Part shown: piece after piece, positions 11,383 to 21,142 of the stretch
Layout: every line of letters begins with the position of its first letter
How positions within the stretch are numbered: position 1 is the stretch's first letter
Origin: Andalucia godoyi And28
Lineage: Eukaryota > Protista > Jakobida
NCBI GenBank assembly: GCA_009859145.1
Contig: VRVR01000020.1
Location: 179,403-243,402, forward strand
Direction: 5' to 3'
Length of the DNA stretch: 64,000 bases
Position numbers and translations under genes: made by a program
Notes under the pieces: model-generated
The model's database searches: none
Told to the model about the DNA's origin: nothing
The model's input: only the letters and a program-made list of their open reading frames with translations

Positions 11383-11711
11383 ATGAAAATGAGCTTACCG
11401 TGTCGTTTAAGTGGCTTGCTCTCAAACCAAGCAATGCTCGCGTTTGTGGTCTTGTTTCCGGCTTTTGTCCTGTGTGACGAATGCTCGCCGTCTGATCTGT
11501 TCCCATGCTCGCACTCCATCTTTGGGAACATCGTTCTCATGGCTATGTATGGCTTCGTCCTTGCTGTTGGTGCCAAAATCATTTCCGACGGTTCCGAAAT
11601 GCTCTTGTTGATCATGAATCCGGGCTTCATTGGCGGCTTCGTTCTTCCTGTCCTTGGTGGGCTCCCTGAGTATGTGTAGCGATTTCTCGTTTCTTCTTCG
11701 TCGTCGTCTCC

Positions 11712-11744
<33 letters not shown>

Positions 11745-13142
11745 TGTGGTTATTATTGTTGTGTTGCTGTTGTTCTTATGTTTGCTTTTTTCTTCGCATC
11801 GATTGACAATGTCGGGATTAGTGCTGCAATTATTGTTGTTTCGTGTCTTGGACCGAAGGATCAGGCGCAGGAGAACATTTCTGTGGGAGTTGGAACATTG
11901 GCGGGGTCTACGATCATGCTGCTTACTATTGCACTTGGGGCGTCTTTGTGGGTTGCACGTTGCGACATCACTGCAGATGGAAAGGGGGTCATTGAGGGTC
12001 AGTTGACGAACACTCGTGATATTCTGAACACGGGCATGTCCGTTGGAAAGGATGTCCGCGTTGGTGCAGCAATCATGATTGGGCTTTCGTTCTTGTACTT
12101 TGTGATTCAGGGCGTAGCTTTTGTGTATGTCGCAGATCCAGATTCCGACACTGCGAAGACCCATGAAAAGAACTTTGCGCTGGCAACATTCGTGCTGTGC
12201 ATGGTTGCATTCCTCTGCTACGGAACGTACCAGGTGATGAGCACGGATTCCCAGGAAGATCGCATCAAGATTGCAAAGGAAGAGGCCAAGAAGAAGGCGA
12301 TTCTCGAAAAGTGGGATGAGCTGATGGATGCCGTTCTTGCGTCTCGCCACATGAAGGAGACGCAATCGGACGCCGAAAACCAGAGACTCTTGACAGGATC
12401 GACGAACTCCTCGGGCAGCGTGGGAAACGCACCGGCTTCGTCCGCAGCCTCGTCAAATGCAAGCGTCTCCAAGTTTGCAAAGCGCTGGAAGCACAAGGCC
12501 GTTGACTCCAAGAAGGAACAGATTCAGAAGGCACTTGTGGCAGATGTTGATTCGCTGGAACGCCAGCCAGCCTTTTCGCATCAGGGAAATGGAAAGTCGC
12601 CAGTCGTCGAGGTGGCGGCGGAGGAAGAAGAAGAGAACGAGTACGCGCACTTGACGAAAGCGCAAATCGCTGTGCGCGCTGCAGGAATGCTGATATTTGG
12701 TGTCGGAGTGGTTGCCTTCTTTTCTGATCCCATGGTGGACTGCATTTCCGAATTCGGAACGCTCATCAATGTGCCGGCATTCTATGTGTCGTTCATCATC
12801 ACACCGTTCTGCTCGAATGCGTCCGAACTCATTTCGTCGCTGATCTTTGCCGCAAGGAAAACGGAAGCAAATGCAACCATCACGTTCTCACAGCTCTTTG
12901 GGGCCTGCTGCATCAACGCCACTGTGTCACTGGGATGTCTGACTGGCCTTATTTACTTCCGCGACCTTACCTGGGAATTCTCTGCAGAAGTCCTCGCAAT
13001 CCTCTTTGTCGTGTTGTCCGTGGGCATCTTTGCCATGCGGTGTAGAGTCTATCGCACCTGGCACATCATTCCCATTGGGTTTCTTTACATTGCGTCGCTA
13101 GCACTGGTTGCATTTCTCGAGAATGTTGTCCATTGGAAATAG
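11383..13142 (+). CDS. NCL/EFCAX-type Na+(H+)/Ca2+ exchanger-like protein, 2 exons
   Basis: LFPCSHSIFGNIVLMAMYG..ISDGSEMLL..IGGFVLPVLGGLP joins through intron 11670-11821 (GTATGT...ATTAG) to DAAIIVVS..GVGTLAGSTIMLLT. The second repeat is FSDPMVD..FYVSFIITPFCSNASE. The start may be the ATG at 11383 or a downstream one. Confidence 0.85.
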
Positions 13143-13157
13143 CGTACACACACACGT

Positions 13158-13201
<44 letters not shown>

Positions 13202-13597
13202 GGTGGGTGAGCATTATGCTTATCCCATTTCTTTTTCGTAAAAAGTGAATAAATGAATAAAAGGATAGCAATTTCATATTCTGATTTTAAAAAATCATTC
13301 CTGCATACGCCTATGTCAGTACAGTGCACACGCGCGTACAGTTACAAGGACAAGAACATAACATCACATACATCGTGTACTGCAAATGAGACTGCACGGG
13401 AAAATTTAAAATAAAATTAAAAAACCAAACACAAAACGGGAAGCCGAGCCCACCTTCCTTCTTCTTCTTCTTCTTTTTTGTTTTGTTTTGTTTTTGTTTG
13501 TTTGTTTGTTTGGAGAAAAAGAAAATGCGTAGAACCACAGAACAGGACAAAAACGTCCTCTCCGTGATGAAGAAAAGATCCATTGAACAGAGCAACG

Positions 13598-14965
13598 TCA
13601 CGGACTAGACGGGCTGCCAGAAGTGGCATCCGAGGTACCCACCGGGACCTTTTCCACCTTTTCCAGCGAGAACACGCGAATTCCAAGTTCCTCTGTGATG
13701 TGGTCTATCACAGCCAAGACATACGAACTCCACATGAATACGACAGTGATGAACGCCAGGAAAAGTGCAGATGCAGGATTCATCCATCGGATAGATTGTC
13801 GCGCATTGAACGCCAATGCAAAAAGGATGATGGACGGAGCGTGAACAACGGCACACGGGGACTTCACACAATGTGCAAGGGTCATATTGGACACGTAAAA
13901 TCCGTGCACCAGTCCCACTACAATGCATACCAATCTTGTATTCAGGAAAAATGTAGTCGGATCTGCAACAACCCAAGATACTGCCAACACAATATGGAAG
14001 AACCCCGGGGCCAAGTGCACGATTGCTGGCAGCACTGGCTTCCCACTGACTCTGAGAGTTCGAAGGACGTTCGAAATGTTGGAAACCACGGACGTCACAG
14101 CACCGATCGCGACGAACATGATTACCATTTCGCTTCGAGTCCACGTAAAGTTTGAGAATGGTAAGAGAAGATCTCCCGGGACGACATATCCCAAAGTCAA
14201 CGCCGACAAGACCTTCTGGGCTGGAGGCAGCGCTGCAGTCAAGAGCGCGGGTGCCGGTGCGTCCCACCAGGCCGGAGACCAGAACCCCGAGATCAGATGC
14301 ACTCCACAACACATCAAAATTCCTTCGATTGGGCCGTTCACCTGTCCAAGAATCAGCGCGCCGGTATGGAACTCTTCCCAAGTAGCAGTGAGAAACGGAA
14401 CCCATGCAACGACAAGCATCAGCAAGGCCATCAAGGAAGGTCCAAGGTTCAAACTGGATGCAAGCGTAAGCCCTGCAAATGTCACGGCCAATGCATCGAC
14501 GCCGTGGTCAAACAACTCCCCAAGAGGAGACGAAGACCGCGTGCGAACTGCCTGCTTTCCATCGCAGTTGTCCAGCGTTTGATAAAGAAACAAGCACACG
14601 GCGGCAAACGCATATACCCACGTTTCGCTTAAGAACATCAGTCCGAAATAATGCAAAGGTGAACGCATCTTCTCTGCGGTGTACGAAGATTGCAGCGAAG
14701 GGGAGTAGGATGCGGCCAGAATGTACGAGAACAAAACACACACAAATCCGAGCATCGTCACAACGTTTGGAGCCATCCGCTCAGGAATGAACCGCATGAA
14801 CCACACATGAAAGGATCGAAGAAACAAACGAAGCGAGATCGAATGGTCCACTCCCTTGTTTGTATACTGATGCAGTGCTCGACGACCCGCCGCACTGATG
14901 GGCTGCATGAACGACCGAAGTCCATTGAAACGGATCGACGATACTGCAGAGTCGATTGCAGACAT
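13598..14965 (-). CDS. CEPT1: Choline/ethanolamine phosphotransferase (CDP-alcohol phosphatidyltransferase)
   Basis: MAPNVVTMLG and the CDP-alcohol motif DNCDGKQAVRTRSSSPLGELFDHGVD; multiple TM segments. Confidence 0.93.
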   Translation of the reverse strand: MSAIDSAVSSIRFNGLRSFMQPISAAGRRALHQYTNKGVDHSISLRLFLRSFHVWFMRFIPERMAPNVVTMLGFVCVLFSYILAASYSPSLQSSYTAEKMRSPLHYFGLMFLSETWVYAFAAVCLFLYQTLDNCDGKQAVRTRSSSPLGELFDHGVDALAVTFAGLTLASSLNLGPSLMALLMLVVAWVPFLTATWEEFHTGALILGQVNGPIEGILMCCGVHLISGFWSPAWWDAPAPALLTAALPPAQKVLSALTLGYVVPGDLLLPFSNFTWTRSEMVIMFVAIGAVTSVVSNISNVLRTLRVSGKPVLPAIVHLAPGFFHIVLAVSWVVADPTTFFLNTRLVCIVVGLVHGFYVSNMTLAHCVKSPCAVVHAPSIILFALAFNARQSIRWMNPASALFLAFITVVFMWSSYVLAVIDHITEELGIRVFSLEKVEKVPVGTSDATSGSPSSP

Positions 14966-15377
14966 TTCTCTCTCTCTCTCTCTCTCACTCTTAGATCACG
15001 CGCCTTTTTTCCTGCAGTCCACGCAATCAAAAAATAATATTAAAGTACTATAATGCCGCGAGAGAAGAGATACACGAACGACGGAGAAACCATCTGGACA
15101 GACGAATTGATCATTGCAAGATAACGCTTGCACCCGTGTCTTCATTGAGCTGTACATTTTTTCCCAATTGCATTGCACCAAATGAAAGGTGGAGCTCTTT
15201 CGATCTCTTGCATAATTCTCGCTTTCTCTGTTACATCTTTTTTGGTTTCTCACCTTTGTTTTCTCTCTTTCCTCTTCTTCTGTTCTATCCATTCGTTTGC
15301 TTTTTCTCCTTTTGCTTGTTCCACGTGTTCGTGCCTGTACTCGCGTTGATTGGTTTGAATCTGGTTTTCCGTCAAGG

Positions 15378-16526
15378 ATGTGGGTCGTTTCGTTGAAGTC
15401 TGAGACGTCTCCTTCTACTCCACGCCCCCCTTTGCTGCTGCGACTTAAGCCGGAGCTTGAGAAGCTTGGTGGAAATGCATTTCCATTGCTGATTCCGTCG
15501 TTGCGAGTAGGGACGCTCGATTCTCTGCTTGCACTATCTGATGATCTTGCCAAATTAGACACGACTTCCGAGGCAGTGGTTTCCAAGGTTCTACGGACCT
15601 TGCGCGACGTGACTCCGACGGCAGAAGATGCAATGGTGATCAATCCATCTGCAAACACAGAGGTTCCGCTGCGAACATATCTTGCTTCTTTCAGTTGGAA
15701 TGATTCGATGTTTCCTTTGTCGCTTGCTCCAAAGGAAATCGCAGATCGAATTGCTGCTAGAATTGGTGACACAGATGATGCTCTCAAGCAAAAGACGGCG
15801 GAGCATGCGGCAGTCAAGTCGCAATTGGCATCCGTCACTCGCCGAGATCAAGGCTCGTTGCTTGTCAGGTCTCTTGCGCCTCTCATTCCCAAAGAAGCCA
15901 TTGTCGAATCTGAATATCTGACAACGGTGTATGTGTGCGTCCCCGGCTTCTCGGAAAAGGAGTTTGTGGAAAGCTACGAATCGCTCAACGGATGCAAATG
16001 GGTGGTACCCGGTACCGGCAGAAAAGTCGCAGAAGATAAGGATTATGTCTTGTATGCGGTCGTCGTGTTCCGCAAGTTTGTCGATGATTTCCGAACTGCA
16101 TGCCGTGAGCACAAGTACACCGTTCGAGAAGTATCCACGGAAAACATTGCAACCCACGGAGATGAAAAGGCGCGACTGGAGACCCTTGTTGCAGATGCGA
16201 CAAAGGAACTGACTCTCTTTGCGAGATCCGCAACGTCCGATGCATACACTGCGTGGATTCATCTCAAAGTTCTCCGAATCTTCGTCGAGTCTGTGCTGCG
16301 TTATGGTTTACCGCCACTGTTCACTGCCGTTCTTGTGATACCCGGAAAGAAGAATGACCAGAAGGTGCACTCGGTCTTCAAGGCTTTCCTGCCGAAAGAT
16401 CTGCTTGGGAACGACGACGGGAAAAAGAACACAAAGGACGACGATGATTTTGCTGCTCTTGCTGGACCAGGGCAATCCGAGTTCTTCCAGTACCCGTTCC
16501 TTCGTATCGACGTTGTCAGCAAGTAA
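15378..16526 (+). CDS. ATP6V1C: V-type ATPase V1 subunit C
   Basis: IPSLRVGTLDSLLALSDDLAKLD, ESEYLTTVYVCVP, and WIHLKVLRIFVESVLRYGLPP. ATG at 15378. Confidence 0.95.
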   Translation: MWVVSLKSETSPSTPRPPLLLRLKPELEKLGGNAFPLLIPSLRVGTLDSLLALSDDLAKLDTTSEAVVSKVLRTLRDVTPTAEDAMVINPSANTEVPLRTYLASFSWNDSMFPLSLAPKEIADRIAARIGDTDDALKQKTAEHAAVKSQLASVTRRDQGSLLVRSLAPLIPKEAIVESEYLTTVYVCVPGFSEKEFVESYESLNGCKWVVPGTGRKVAEDKDYVLYAVVVFRKFVDDFRTACREHKYTVREVSTENIATHGDEKARLETLVADATKELTLFARSATSDAYTAWIHLKVLRIFVESVLRYGLPPLFTAVLVIPGKKNDQKVHSVFKAFLPKDLLGNDDGKKNTKDDDDFAALAGPGQSEFFQYPFLRIDVVSK

Positions 16527-16744
16527 AACCAAATTCATGTCTTTGCTTATTGGGGTGTGCGAGTGTGTGTGGGTCGTTGTGTGTTGGTAAGAGAGAGAGA
16601 ACAACAACTACTAGTACAAAGAGAAAAAAAAGAAATGCAACAAGCAAGCAAGTCTGCATTACAATGTACGTCTGTACAAAGTTGGCCTAACCAAAACAAA
16701 ACAAAAAGGGGGTGGGAGGACAATCTGACCCCGCGACTGTCAGT

Positions 16745-18334
16745 TTAGAAATATCGAGCAAAATCAACAGACTGCCAGTGAAGGCGAACAACCACGTCAA
16801 TTGGGTAGACTTCCGTCTTTGATCGTGATGTGGAAACCGAAACACGGAATCGGAGGGTTGAAGCGGCAGACTCCACAGACAGCGACGACTTGGATCGAAA
16901 AATAACGTCCGAGTAGTTCCGATCTCCGCCTTCAACCCACAGTTGCCCAGTTTTGTCAAACACAGGAGGAGCATCCTTGCCGAAGCCGTCATCTGCGTGG
17001 ACTGTCACAGCAACGGGCGGTGCGGTATAGTCGGAATTAGCAAGGTCGGAAAACACCAGAGAAAGAGGAAAATCGGGATCTGGATTTCGAACGCGGACCT
17101 TGACACAATCTCGATGAGATCCTTCCGAGATGGCAGTAAACGAGGGAAGTCGCAGAGACGCATTCATAATGTTGGAAAACGACAGTGCCTTCGTCTTTTC
17201 ATCCACGACAGGCTTGGACATAATTCGATTATTAGCTGGATCACGGTGGGCGCAGTACGCGTGTAATCTGCCGCAAACCGGTTTACACTCCGAAAGAGAA
17301 GATGGATAGAACGGAATTTGGGCGACGCTCTGCTGCACTGAAATCGCTGGGACCTTCCATTGAGGAATCTTGCTGAAGTCGACATCTGTTGCAGCTGGCA
17401 AAACACCTTCGAAGAGGGAACTCAGGGAAACGGAAGCTGGCTTCAGTGCCGGAGACGCGTTATTTTGCTCATTCACTTTGGTGTACAGGTGACGACATAC
17501 CTGGCGATACCAGTCATGCGCCGGAGTCGACACAACGGAGGTGGCCATGGAAGTGAATAAACCGGTCGCTGTTTCTGAAGATGCAGAAGAGACCCAGCCA
17601 CAGTGCAGGCATTTGAATTTACACGACGGGGGCTGGACATCATCCTTCTTCACCACAGACAGGACACCAAAACAGTTTGGGCATTCAAAGCTCGAGACGG
17701 ATTTTCCAATTCCTTTGGAGACATCCCCGGCCCCCGCATTCCAGTTCAGCATCTGCGGCTCCAGAACAAACTCCACTTCATCGACGACTGAAACGGGAGA
17801 CACCAATTTGCTCGAGTACGACGAAAGATACAGAACATCAAGATTTGGCCACTCCAGCTGATCGCAAACGTACGAAACCTGCACGCTGCTGAGAGAATGG
17901 TAATCAAAAGATCGAGATGAGATAAGTGCCTTGGCGTCTATAACTCCATAGAGAGTCGATCGGTCTTCCTGGTTTGAGTCTCTGGAAATTGCAACATAGG
18001 ATGGCGGTTCGTGCAAATAAACACGAATGTTCGTCGTCGATTCGTACAAACTTCCCGATTCATCCTTTACTGTGGAAATGACGATGAACCGATCTCGGAG
18101 AGCTTCTTTAAAAGAACCCGAGGGACTCTTGGATGAAATTCGAATAACAGTGAACAATCCAGGATCAATGACTCCGGAAGGAACATCCAGAAAGAACCGC
18201 GCAGACGCCGAGCGGTCCGCACGAATCTTAAACATCAGCGGTGCGCTCCCGCGGTTCCACAACACCAAGTCATGGTGGAACGGTGAGTCGTGTTCCGATG
18301 GAAGGTACAGCCCTGGAGGGAGCAGCGTCACCAT
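16745..18334 (-). CDS. MSP (major sperm protein/VAP-like) domain fused to dynactin p62 (DCTN4)-like region
   Basis: N-terminal LVLWNRGSAPLMFKIR..PSGVIDPG..RDRFIV is MSP-like. It is followed by LYLSSYSSKLVSPVSVVDEVE..FECPNCFGVLS..KCLHCGWVS..IMSKP..RLP..VRNP, the p62 pattern. ATG (MVTLLP) at 18334. Confidence 0.65.
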   Translation of the reverse strand: MVTLLPPGLYLPSEHDSPFHHDLVLWNRGSAPLMFKIRADRSASARFFLDVPSGVIDPGLFTVIRISSKSPSGSFKEALRDRFIVISTVKDESGSLYESTTNIRVYLHEPPSYVAISRDSNQEDRSTLYGVIDAKALISSRSFDYHSLSSVQVSYVCDQLEWPNLDVLYLSSYSSKLVSPVSVVDEVEFVLEPQMLNWNAGAGDVSKGIGKSVSSFECPNCFGVLSVVKKDDVQPPSCKFKCLHCGWVSSASSETATGLFTSMATSVVSTPAHDWYRQVCRHLYTKVNEQNNASPALKPASVSLSSLFEGVLPAATDVDFSKIPQWKVPAISVQQSVAQIPFYPSSLSECKPVCGRLHAYCAHRDPANNRIMSKPVVDEKTKALSFSNIMNASLRLPSFTAISEGSHRDCVKVRVRNPDPDFPLSLVFSDLANSDYTAPPVAVTVHADDGFGKDAPPVFDKTGQLWVEGGDRNYSDVIFRSKSSLSVESAASTLRFRVSVSTSRSKTEVYPIDVVVRLHWQSVDFARYF

Positions 18335-18520
18335 GCTTCTTTCTTTTTTCTTCTTCTGGAACCGAAAACAATATGATGACACATAAAGAGTGAGTCAGAA
18401 AGCGCGTGAGGGAACCGAGTTCGATTCGCAGATGCTTCCGCAAGCTTCTCTCGAGCTTTCCTGCATGGGTGATGACTGCTAAGTGTGAACTCCTGAACGC
18501 GCAACAGCGGAGCTCTGGAC

Positions 18521-18593
18521 GAGGCGTTAGCTCAGTTGGTAGAGTAGCGGTCTCCAAAACCGTTGGTCGGGGGTTCGATCCCCTCACGCCTCA
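18521..18593 (+). tRNA. trnW: tRNA-Trp (CCA), intronless
   Basis: Cloverleaf: acceptor GAGGCGT/ACGCCTC, D arm GCTC-AGTTGGTA-GAGT, anticodon arm GCGGT-CTCCAAA-ACCGT, T arm GGGGG-TTCGATC-CCCTC, discriminator A. Followed by TTTTT (Pol III terminator) at 18594-18598. Confidence 0.95.
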
Positions 18594-18952
18594 TTTTTGC
18601 CTTTTTTTAATCCATTTATTTTTCCTTCAATGTCTTCCGCGCGTGCCTCACTTGATGCATCTCTCTTCACGCTCTCTTTGATCATCTTCCTCCTCTTTTT
18701 TGGGAGTGAATTGAATACGAGTTTTCTGGTTCTTGTGCAAAGTACACAAACCCAAATAATAGAAAATAGAAAAAGGAAAATAGAAAATAGAAAAAAGAAA
18801 AAAGGCCACATCACAACAGTAATCAAAACGAAAAAGAAGACACGTAAGCAAAGAAGGGAGAGAGGTGGAATAGAAAGAAGAACAAAAGTCGGCAAGATAG
18901 CACATTCAAAAGGAAAGCAAGAAAAACAAGAAAGAAAAAAAGAGGAGGGAAA

Positions 18953-20335
18953 ATGAGCACAAAAGTGGACAAGATTCCGTCGTCTGCGTTTGATGTTGAG
19001 CTTTATGCTTCTCAGTATACGGGCCGTGGTCTTGTTCTCCGGTTGGAGTATCTAGCGCGTCAGACGACCGATCCAGCGGTACGAATGGGTGCGTTACAGC
19101 TTGCCATCAAGGCGTGTTGCGTGGACTTTGAGCTTCTGGACACCAGGTGCTACAAAGAGCTGTATGATGTCCTGAGAAGCTCAGCATCCAGCATCCACAG
19201 AGAGTCTGTGTCAATGATTTCAAGCAGTCCCAGACTGGCGCTGTTTACAAACTCGTTCAACCAAAGTTGGGTTGATGCGACCGATCGAAAGTTCAAGGAC
19301 CGGTCCGATGCTTTGAACGCGCAGCTGGTCCAATGCAAGGCGAATACGATTCGTGAATCAACGCGTGCTACCCTGTGCGATCTCTCAGAGCTGTTCTTTT
19401 CGCGAGGTGATCTGGATATGGCACTTTCACATTCTATTGGCTCGAAAGACTACTGCACGACCTCAAAGCATGTGTCAGACATGTGCATTTCCGTGATTGT
19501 CGCTGCCTTTTTGCACAAACAGTATGCTTTGGTGCTGAATTACGCACAGCGCGCCGAGCAAACACCCAACTTTGAGTCTGACAAGGTGTTGCTGAGCAAG
19601 GTCAAGGTCGCCTGTGGACTGGCGCTGATGAAATCGCACCGACTGAAGGATGCAGTCGTGAAATTCACGGAATGCTCTCCGGAAATGGGAGACTCATTCA
19701 ACCAGATTGTTACAATGGCAGATGTTGGGCGCTATGCCGCACTATGCGGGTTGGCTGCCCTGAATCGACAGGAGCTGAACTCGATTGTTCGGTCCAATAT
19801 TGGGTTCAAAGACTTCTTGGATGCTGCTCCGGAATGTCGAGACGCATTGAATGCATTTTACGTGTCTAATTTCTCCAAATGTTTCGCATTGCTTGACGGA
19901 ATAGCCGCGGATCTGGCAGGCGACTACATGATTGGGGAGCTTATTTCCGGGTTGCTGACATCGATACGGCAGCGCGCGCTGCTGCAATACACAGTTCCGT
20001 ACGAAACTCTGTTTATTGAGAAAATGGCAAACGTTTTCCAGTCGTCGAACGCGATGATCATTGATTCTTTATCTGAGCTGATTCGAACCGGTCAGATTTC
20101 AGCACGAATCGACCTCGAACGGCTTATTTTAGTCAAGCGAACGGTGGTGCAGAAGGACCAGAATCTCAAAGATGCGCTCAAACTAGAAGAAGAACTGAGA
20201 GACACGATCGTACTTGCTGCGCGCAGAAGGGAACTAGAGAACGCCGGCATTTGTGTCGTCGATCCTCGGAAAGAATCTGTCGCGGGCACGGAAGCAAGGG
20301 CATCTGCCGATTTCTATAGTGCTCGTGACTTTTAG
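18953..20335 (+). CDS. CSN1: COP9 signalosome subunit 1 (GPS1)
   Basis: FDVELYASQYTGRGLVLRL, WVDATDRK, KANTIRESTR, SKDYCTTSKH, YAALCGLAALNRQEL, and a PCI domain (IRQRALLQY..QISARID). Confidence 0.93.
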   Translation: MSTKVDKIPSSAFDVELYASQYTGRGLVLRLEYLARQTTDPAVRMGALQLAIKACCVDFELLDTRCYKELYDVLRSSASSIHRESVSMISSSPRLALFTNSFNQSWVDATDRKFKDRSDALNAQLVQCKANTIRESTRATLCDLSELFFSRGDLDMALSHSIGSKDYCTTSKHVSDMCISVIVAAFLHKQYALVLNYAQRAEQTPNFESDKVLLSKVKVACGLALMKSHRLKDAVVKFTECSPEMGDSFNQIVTMADVGRYAALCGLAALNRQELNSIVRSNIGFKDFLDAAPECRDALNAFYVSNFSKCFALLDGIAADLAGDYMIGELISGLLTSIRQRALLQYTVPYETLFIEKMANVFQSSNAMIIDSLSELIRTGQISARIDLERLILVKRTVVQKDQNLKDALKLEEELRDTIVLAARRRELENAGICVVDPRKESVAGTEARASADFYSARDF

Positions 20336-20479
20336 AAGCCGGAGATGCCTTTTCCGCAGTATTTTTGTGCCTTTTCTTCTATACATTATTCTACTCTATT
20401 CTTTTGGATTGCACCGTATCGCACTGAATGGTCTTGAGCTTGTGTACATGAATTTGTGGTAGCGCGGTTGACCTCTGCG

Positions 20480-20582
20480 CCTACATTATGCACTGAACAT
20501 GCATATCTACGAATAGGCATGCATATTCAGTCTTGCATCCCGTTGCCGGGAAGGGGACAGGCCCCAACACGCCTCACGGCGC
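20480..20582 (-). ncRNA. Putative Fanzor omegaRNA scaffold, copy 1
   Basis: Hairpins GCGCC-GTGA-GGCGT, GGGG-CCTGT-CCCC and TCCCG-GCAA-CGGGA, plus a 13-bp stem ACTGAATATGCAT/ATGCATGTTCAGT capped by CTA-TTCG-TAG. Loop CCUGU is complementary to the terminal GUAGG. Position overlaps and follows the RuvC-III codons. Confidence 0.65.
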
Positions 20583-21060
20583 TCTTCAGATAAATGTTCC
20601 GCGCTCCGTTCCAATCTCGATCAATCGGTGAGCCACTTTCTCAGCGTGACGCGTTGTTCCTGAGAAGGGTGCATTTTGATTCTGACGGCCCTAGCAGCAG
20701 GCGCTTTCGTGTCCTCAGTTGCAGCGCGATTGATGCACCTGGAGATACGAGAGGAAGAGGCGGCAGGAAGACGGTGGGGTTTTGCGACTGCGACTGCGAC
20801 TGCGCCTGGTGCATCGTAGCAGAAAACCAAGAGTTCTGCAAGAGACGGTCCCTGAGGCTTCTGCTTCGGGTTGGCTGCCCTGCGTGCTGGGGAGTGGAGA
20901 TCGTGCCTTGGAAGTTCGCCTCTTGGCAGTGCGCTGAACGAATGATAGATGGCTACGCGTAAGCACGAATTCCCTGTGAAACAAACGTGCTAGTGTCGGC
21001 CAGTATTGACCGTGTCTGTTTATGGATACTTTTCCGTATGCATGACAATGACGTGTCATT
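20480..21060 (-). mobile_element. Internally deleted Fanzor2/TnpB (IS607-type) element, copy 1
   Basis: The minus strand encodes an SWFS motif (20832-20821) and the TnpB N-terminal motif RAVRIKMHPSQEQRVTLRKWL (20692-20630). These abut, out of frame, the RuvC-III motif IDRDWNGARNIYLK (20625-20584), followed by a structured right end terminating in GTAGG at 20480. The left boundary is approximate. Confidence 0.8.
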
Positions 21061-21142
21061 ATTCAACGGTGTGCAATTTTTTATTTTAATAATATTATTT
21101 TTAATTTTAATTTTTTTTTTTGTGGGTATGGCGACGCGCTGC

